DNA of 64,000 nucleotides from an uncultured Gemmatimonadota bacterium (GTDB lineage Bacteria; JAAXHH01): NCBI GenBank assembly GCA_951812955.1, contig OX638340.1, positions 3,104,001 to 3,168,000 of the forward strand, read 5' to 3'. Shown piece by piece: positions 61,466 to 64,000 of this stretch (position 1 is its first letter; each line of letters starts with the position of its first letter). The notes under the pieces were generated by a model. It saw only the letters and a program-made list of their open reading frames with translations, ran no database searches and was not told where the DNA came from. The position numbers and the translations under genes were made by a program.

Positions 61466-64000
61466 TGCTCCAACCTTTCCAGGCGATGGTCCAGCTGCCT
61501 GACAACCTGGTGTTGCAGCTTGAGCCGCCGCCGCTGCGAATCGATACTATGGCCCTGCGCGCGGAGCTGTTCGTGCTGGCCTATGACGTAAAGCGAGAGC
61601 TCTTCGATCTTCTCCAGCAGCAGGGTTTGCATCCGGCTGATGCCGATACCCTTGGCCTTCATCTCCACGCCGGAGGCCACGCCCGGCAGGTGGCCATGGC
61701 CCCGGATGTGACGCGCCACGTCCTCCAGGGGCATGAGGTCGTAGCCCGGCCCGAACACGTAGTCGGCAGGCGTCATCGGAACGTACACCTCCTCGGCCCT
61801 GATCTTGCCGTCCACGACGAGCTTCTGATCCGGACTGGAAACGCCGATACCCACGTTGCCGGTAAGCCGGTAGACGTTCTCGCCCGACACGGACCATGGA
61901 GTCGAGAATGGATCCATCACCGTGATCATGAAGGACACAGACGCGGGATCGCACCCATCATTTTCGGCCGTATCCGTAGCGGTAACCGTCACGGTTGCGA
62001 TCCGGCCGACCGATTTCGGATCGATCTTCAAGACGCTGCCTTCTATGCTCAACACCGCGATCTCCGGGTTCGGAGACGTGACCGTGATCTCGATTTTGTC
62101 CTGATCGAGTCGTTCGAAGTGTTCCGTCAGATCGATCGGCGTTTTCCCCGCGCCTGCGAACAGCGTCTGGTCCTGGATGGGAGCGTCCGTGATCGCGGCC
62201 GGACAGGGCAGGATCACCGTGATTACAAAGGATTGCGTCACCGGATCGCAATCCTGCTTGCTGACCGTAACGCTTAGCGTATCCGTACCGGCGGCCGCAG
62301 GCGTGACCGTCAGCGTGTCTCCGGCAAGACTTGTAGTCGTTACGGTCGAATCGGTGGAGTTGACTACGTAGTCCGGGTCGAATTCCGCCGGAAGCGAGAA
62401 ATATGTCGTCAGATCGATCGGGAGGGCGTCCCCTCCTACGGTGAGCCTCTGATCCAATATGCTGCCCATCAGCGCGGGGCAGGTTGCCGGTGGCGGCGGT
62501 TCGGTCACAGTGAGCGTCGCCGTGCCGGAAACATTGTCCACCGCTGCCGAAATCGTCGTGGAACCCGCATCCTGCGCCGTGGCCAATCCCGCGGTGCTGA
62601 TCGTCGCGACCGCCGTGTCGCTGCTCGTCCAGGTAAAAGTCTTGCCCGGGATCTCCATGTTGTCTGAGTCATAAGCAGTAGCGGAGAACTGCTGCGTCTC
62701 GCCCTCCTCGACCGTCGCTTCAGATGGACTCACCTTCACCGACGATGCCATCGGCAGCGTTGGCGGCGGTTCCACCACCCTGGCGTTGAATACCTGGCTG
62801 GCTCCTGTTCCGCATCCAACTCTGGAAACTGTAACTGTAACCTGAGCGTTACCGGCGATACCCGGAGATATAGCCAGGGTGCTATCCGTTCGACTGGCTC
62901 TCGCTACGTCAGCGTTCGACGACACGATCGTGTACGCAATGTTGCTCTTGTCGAGGTTGGTGAAATGCGAGTTGAGGTTCACTTCAACATCGCTTCCACC
63001 AATAATCATCGACACGTCTCTGCTGGGATGCATCTGCTTCACCGCGGGACATTCTGCAATCGGCGGTACAGGATCAACCGTTACGTTGAAGTCCCGCGTT
63101 ACGTCGGTGCACCCGGCTGCGCTGACCGTGACGATGACCTTTCCGGTATGCCCCTGGGTCTTGGGCTCGATTGTCAGCGTATGTCCGGATATGCTCACCG
63201 TCGCTGTGCCCGGGCTCGGATTATTGGCACTGTAGGTCGGGGTGACACCCTGTGGTATTTCGAAGTAGTCCGATACGTCCATCGTCACCGAATCACCGCC
63301 TGCAACCATCGCGGGGGGTGTAATGACGACAGTGTTTGCCGTCGGGCAGGCTGGCGGCGGTGGCGGCGGCGGAGGTCCGACGGATACGTTGAAGTCCCGC
63401 GTGACGCCGGTGCATCCGTTCGCGCTGGCCGTGACAATGACCTTTCCGGTATCCCCCTGGGTTATGGGTGTGATCGTCAGCGTGTCTCCGGATATGCTCA
63501 CCGTCGCTGTGCCCGGGCTCGGATTATTGGCACTGTAGGTCGGGGTGACGCCCTGAGGTATCGTGAAATAGGTCGATACGTCGATCTTTACCGAGTCCCC
63601 ACCCGCAACCATCGCAGGGAGCGTAATGGCGACGGTGTTTGCCGTCGGGCAGGCTGGCGGTGGCGGCGGCGGCGGAGGTCCGACGGATACGTTGAAGTCC
63701 CGCGTTACGCCGGTGCATCCGTTCGCGCTGGCCGTGACAATGACCTTTCCGGTATCCCCCTGGGTTATGGGTGTGACCGTCAGCGTGTCTCCGGATATGC
63801 TCACCGTCGCTGTGCCCGGGCTCGGATTATTGGCACTGTAGGTCGGGGTGACGCCCTGAGGTATCGTGAAATAGGTCGATAGGTCGATCTTTACCGAGTC
63901 CCCACCCGCAACCATCGCAGGGAGCGTAATGGCGACGGTGTTTGCCGTCGGACAGGAGGGTGGTGTCGTCTGTTCAGGCCCCACGACGACTCTGAAATCC
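61462..64000 (-). CDS. Large secreted multi-Ig-like-domain repeat protein (partial; N-terminus beyond window) with the same C-terminal module
   Basis: More than 840 aa of beta-sandwich repeats, with poly-Pro linkers (PPPPPPPPACPTANTV...). The C-terminus PWSVSGENVYRLTGNVGIGVSSPDQKLVVDGKIRAEEVYV...LERLEQ matches the previous gene. A 4-bp overlap couples it to the downstream gene. Confidence 0.55.
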   Translation of the reverse strand, partial: DFRVVVGPEQTTPPSCPTANTVAITLPAMVAGGDSVKIDLSTYFTIPQGVTPTYSANNPSPGTATVSISGDTLTVTPITQGDTGKVIVTASANGCTGVTRDFNVSVGPPPPPPPPACPTANTVAITLPAMVAGGDSVKIDVSTYFTIPQGVTPTYSANNPSPGTATVSISGDTLTITPITQGDTGKVIVTASANGCTGVTRDFNVSVGPPPPPPPPACPTANTVVITPPAMVAGGDSVTMDVSDYFEIPQGVTPTYSANNPSPGTATVSISGHTLTIEPKTQGHTGKVIVTVSAAGCTDVTRDFNVTVDPVPPIAECPAVKQMHPSRDVSMIIGGSDVEVNLNSHFTNLDKSNIAYTIVSSNADVARASRTDSTLAISPGIAGNAQVTVTVSRVGCGTGASQVFNARVVEPPPTLPMASSVKVSPSEATVEEGETQQFSATAYDSDNMEIPGKTFTWTSSDTAVATISTAGLATAQDAGSTTISAAVDNVSGTATLTVTEPPPPATCPALMGSILDQRLTVGGDALPIDLTTYFSLPAEFDPDYVVNSTDSTVTTTSLAGDTLTVTPAAAGTDTLSVTVSKQDCDPVTQSFVITVILPCPAAITDAPIQDQTLFAGAGKTPIDLTEHFERLDQDKIEITVTSPNPEIAVLSIEGSVLKIDPKSVGRIATVTVTATDTAENDGCDPASVSFMITVMDPFSTPWSVSGENVYRLTGNVGIGVSSPDQKLVVDGKIRAEEVYVPMTPADYVFGPGYDLMPLEDVARHIRGHGHLPGVASGVEMKAKGIGISRMQTLLLEKIEELSLYVIGQHEQLRAQGHSIDSQRRRLKLQHQVVRQLDHRLERLEQ
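63031..64000. repeat. 306-bp tandem repeats (at least 3.2 copies; copies 2-3 nearly identical), coding 102-aa Ig-like units
   Basis: Read from the sequence: tgtttgccgtcgggcaggctggcggcggtggcggcgg... recurs at 63337 and 63643. A more diverged copy starts at about 63031. Confidence 0.85.

Noticed and set aside
63031-64000. Possible CRISPR array suggested by regular repeats
   Set aside because: Repeats are 306 bp, contiguous and coding (Ig-like units). There are no short repeat/spacer alternations.

Overview
This is a high-GC (about 65%) bacterial chromosomal window with two contrasting parts.

Positions 1-43,100 are ordinary core genome. They include the conserved ffh-rpsP-rimM-trmD-rplS-rnhB-yraN block, pyrC, glyQS, xerC-like, topA, smg and an IHF/HU-like gene. 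They also include selA coupled to a DUF2064 gene, nrnA, a bimodular queD-like gene with folE, and glcD/glcE-like genes with a LarA-like gene. Further genes are a short sigma-70 factor, two M23 peptidases, miaB, a Tat-exported SOD, a thiD-thiN fusion and a ClpX-like ATPase.

Positions 43,393-60,287 on the minus strand hold a large Rhs polymorphic-toxin locus:
- A roughly 2,370-aa signal-peptide Rhs protein with LamG-like N-terminal domains and a novel C-terminal tip.
- Two low-GC secreted paralogs directly downstream, which are candidate immunity proteins.
- Two displaced 'orphan' rhs 3' modules, each with its own distinct C-terminal toxin tip and a downstream low-GC candidate immunity gene. 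One tip carries an in-frame amber codon.
- A frameshifted rhs fragment.

The window ends with two adjacent secreted Ig-like repeat proteins. They share a tail-fibre/S74-chaperone-like C-terminal module, and the second contains near-identical 306-bp tandem repeats.

No rRNA, tRNA or CRISPR array was recognised. All calls are from reading the sequence and ORF translations; no database search was run.
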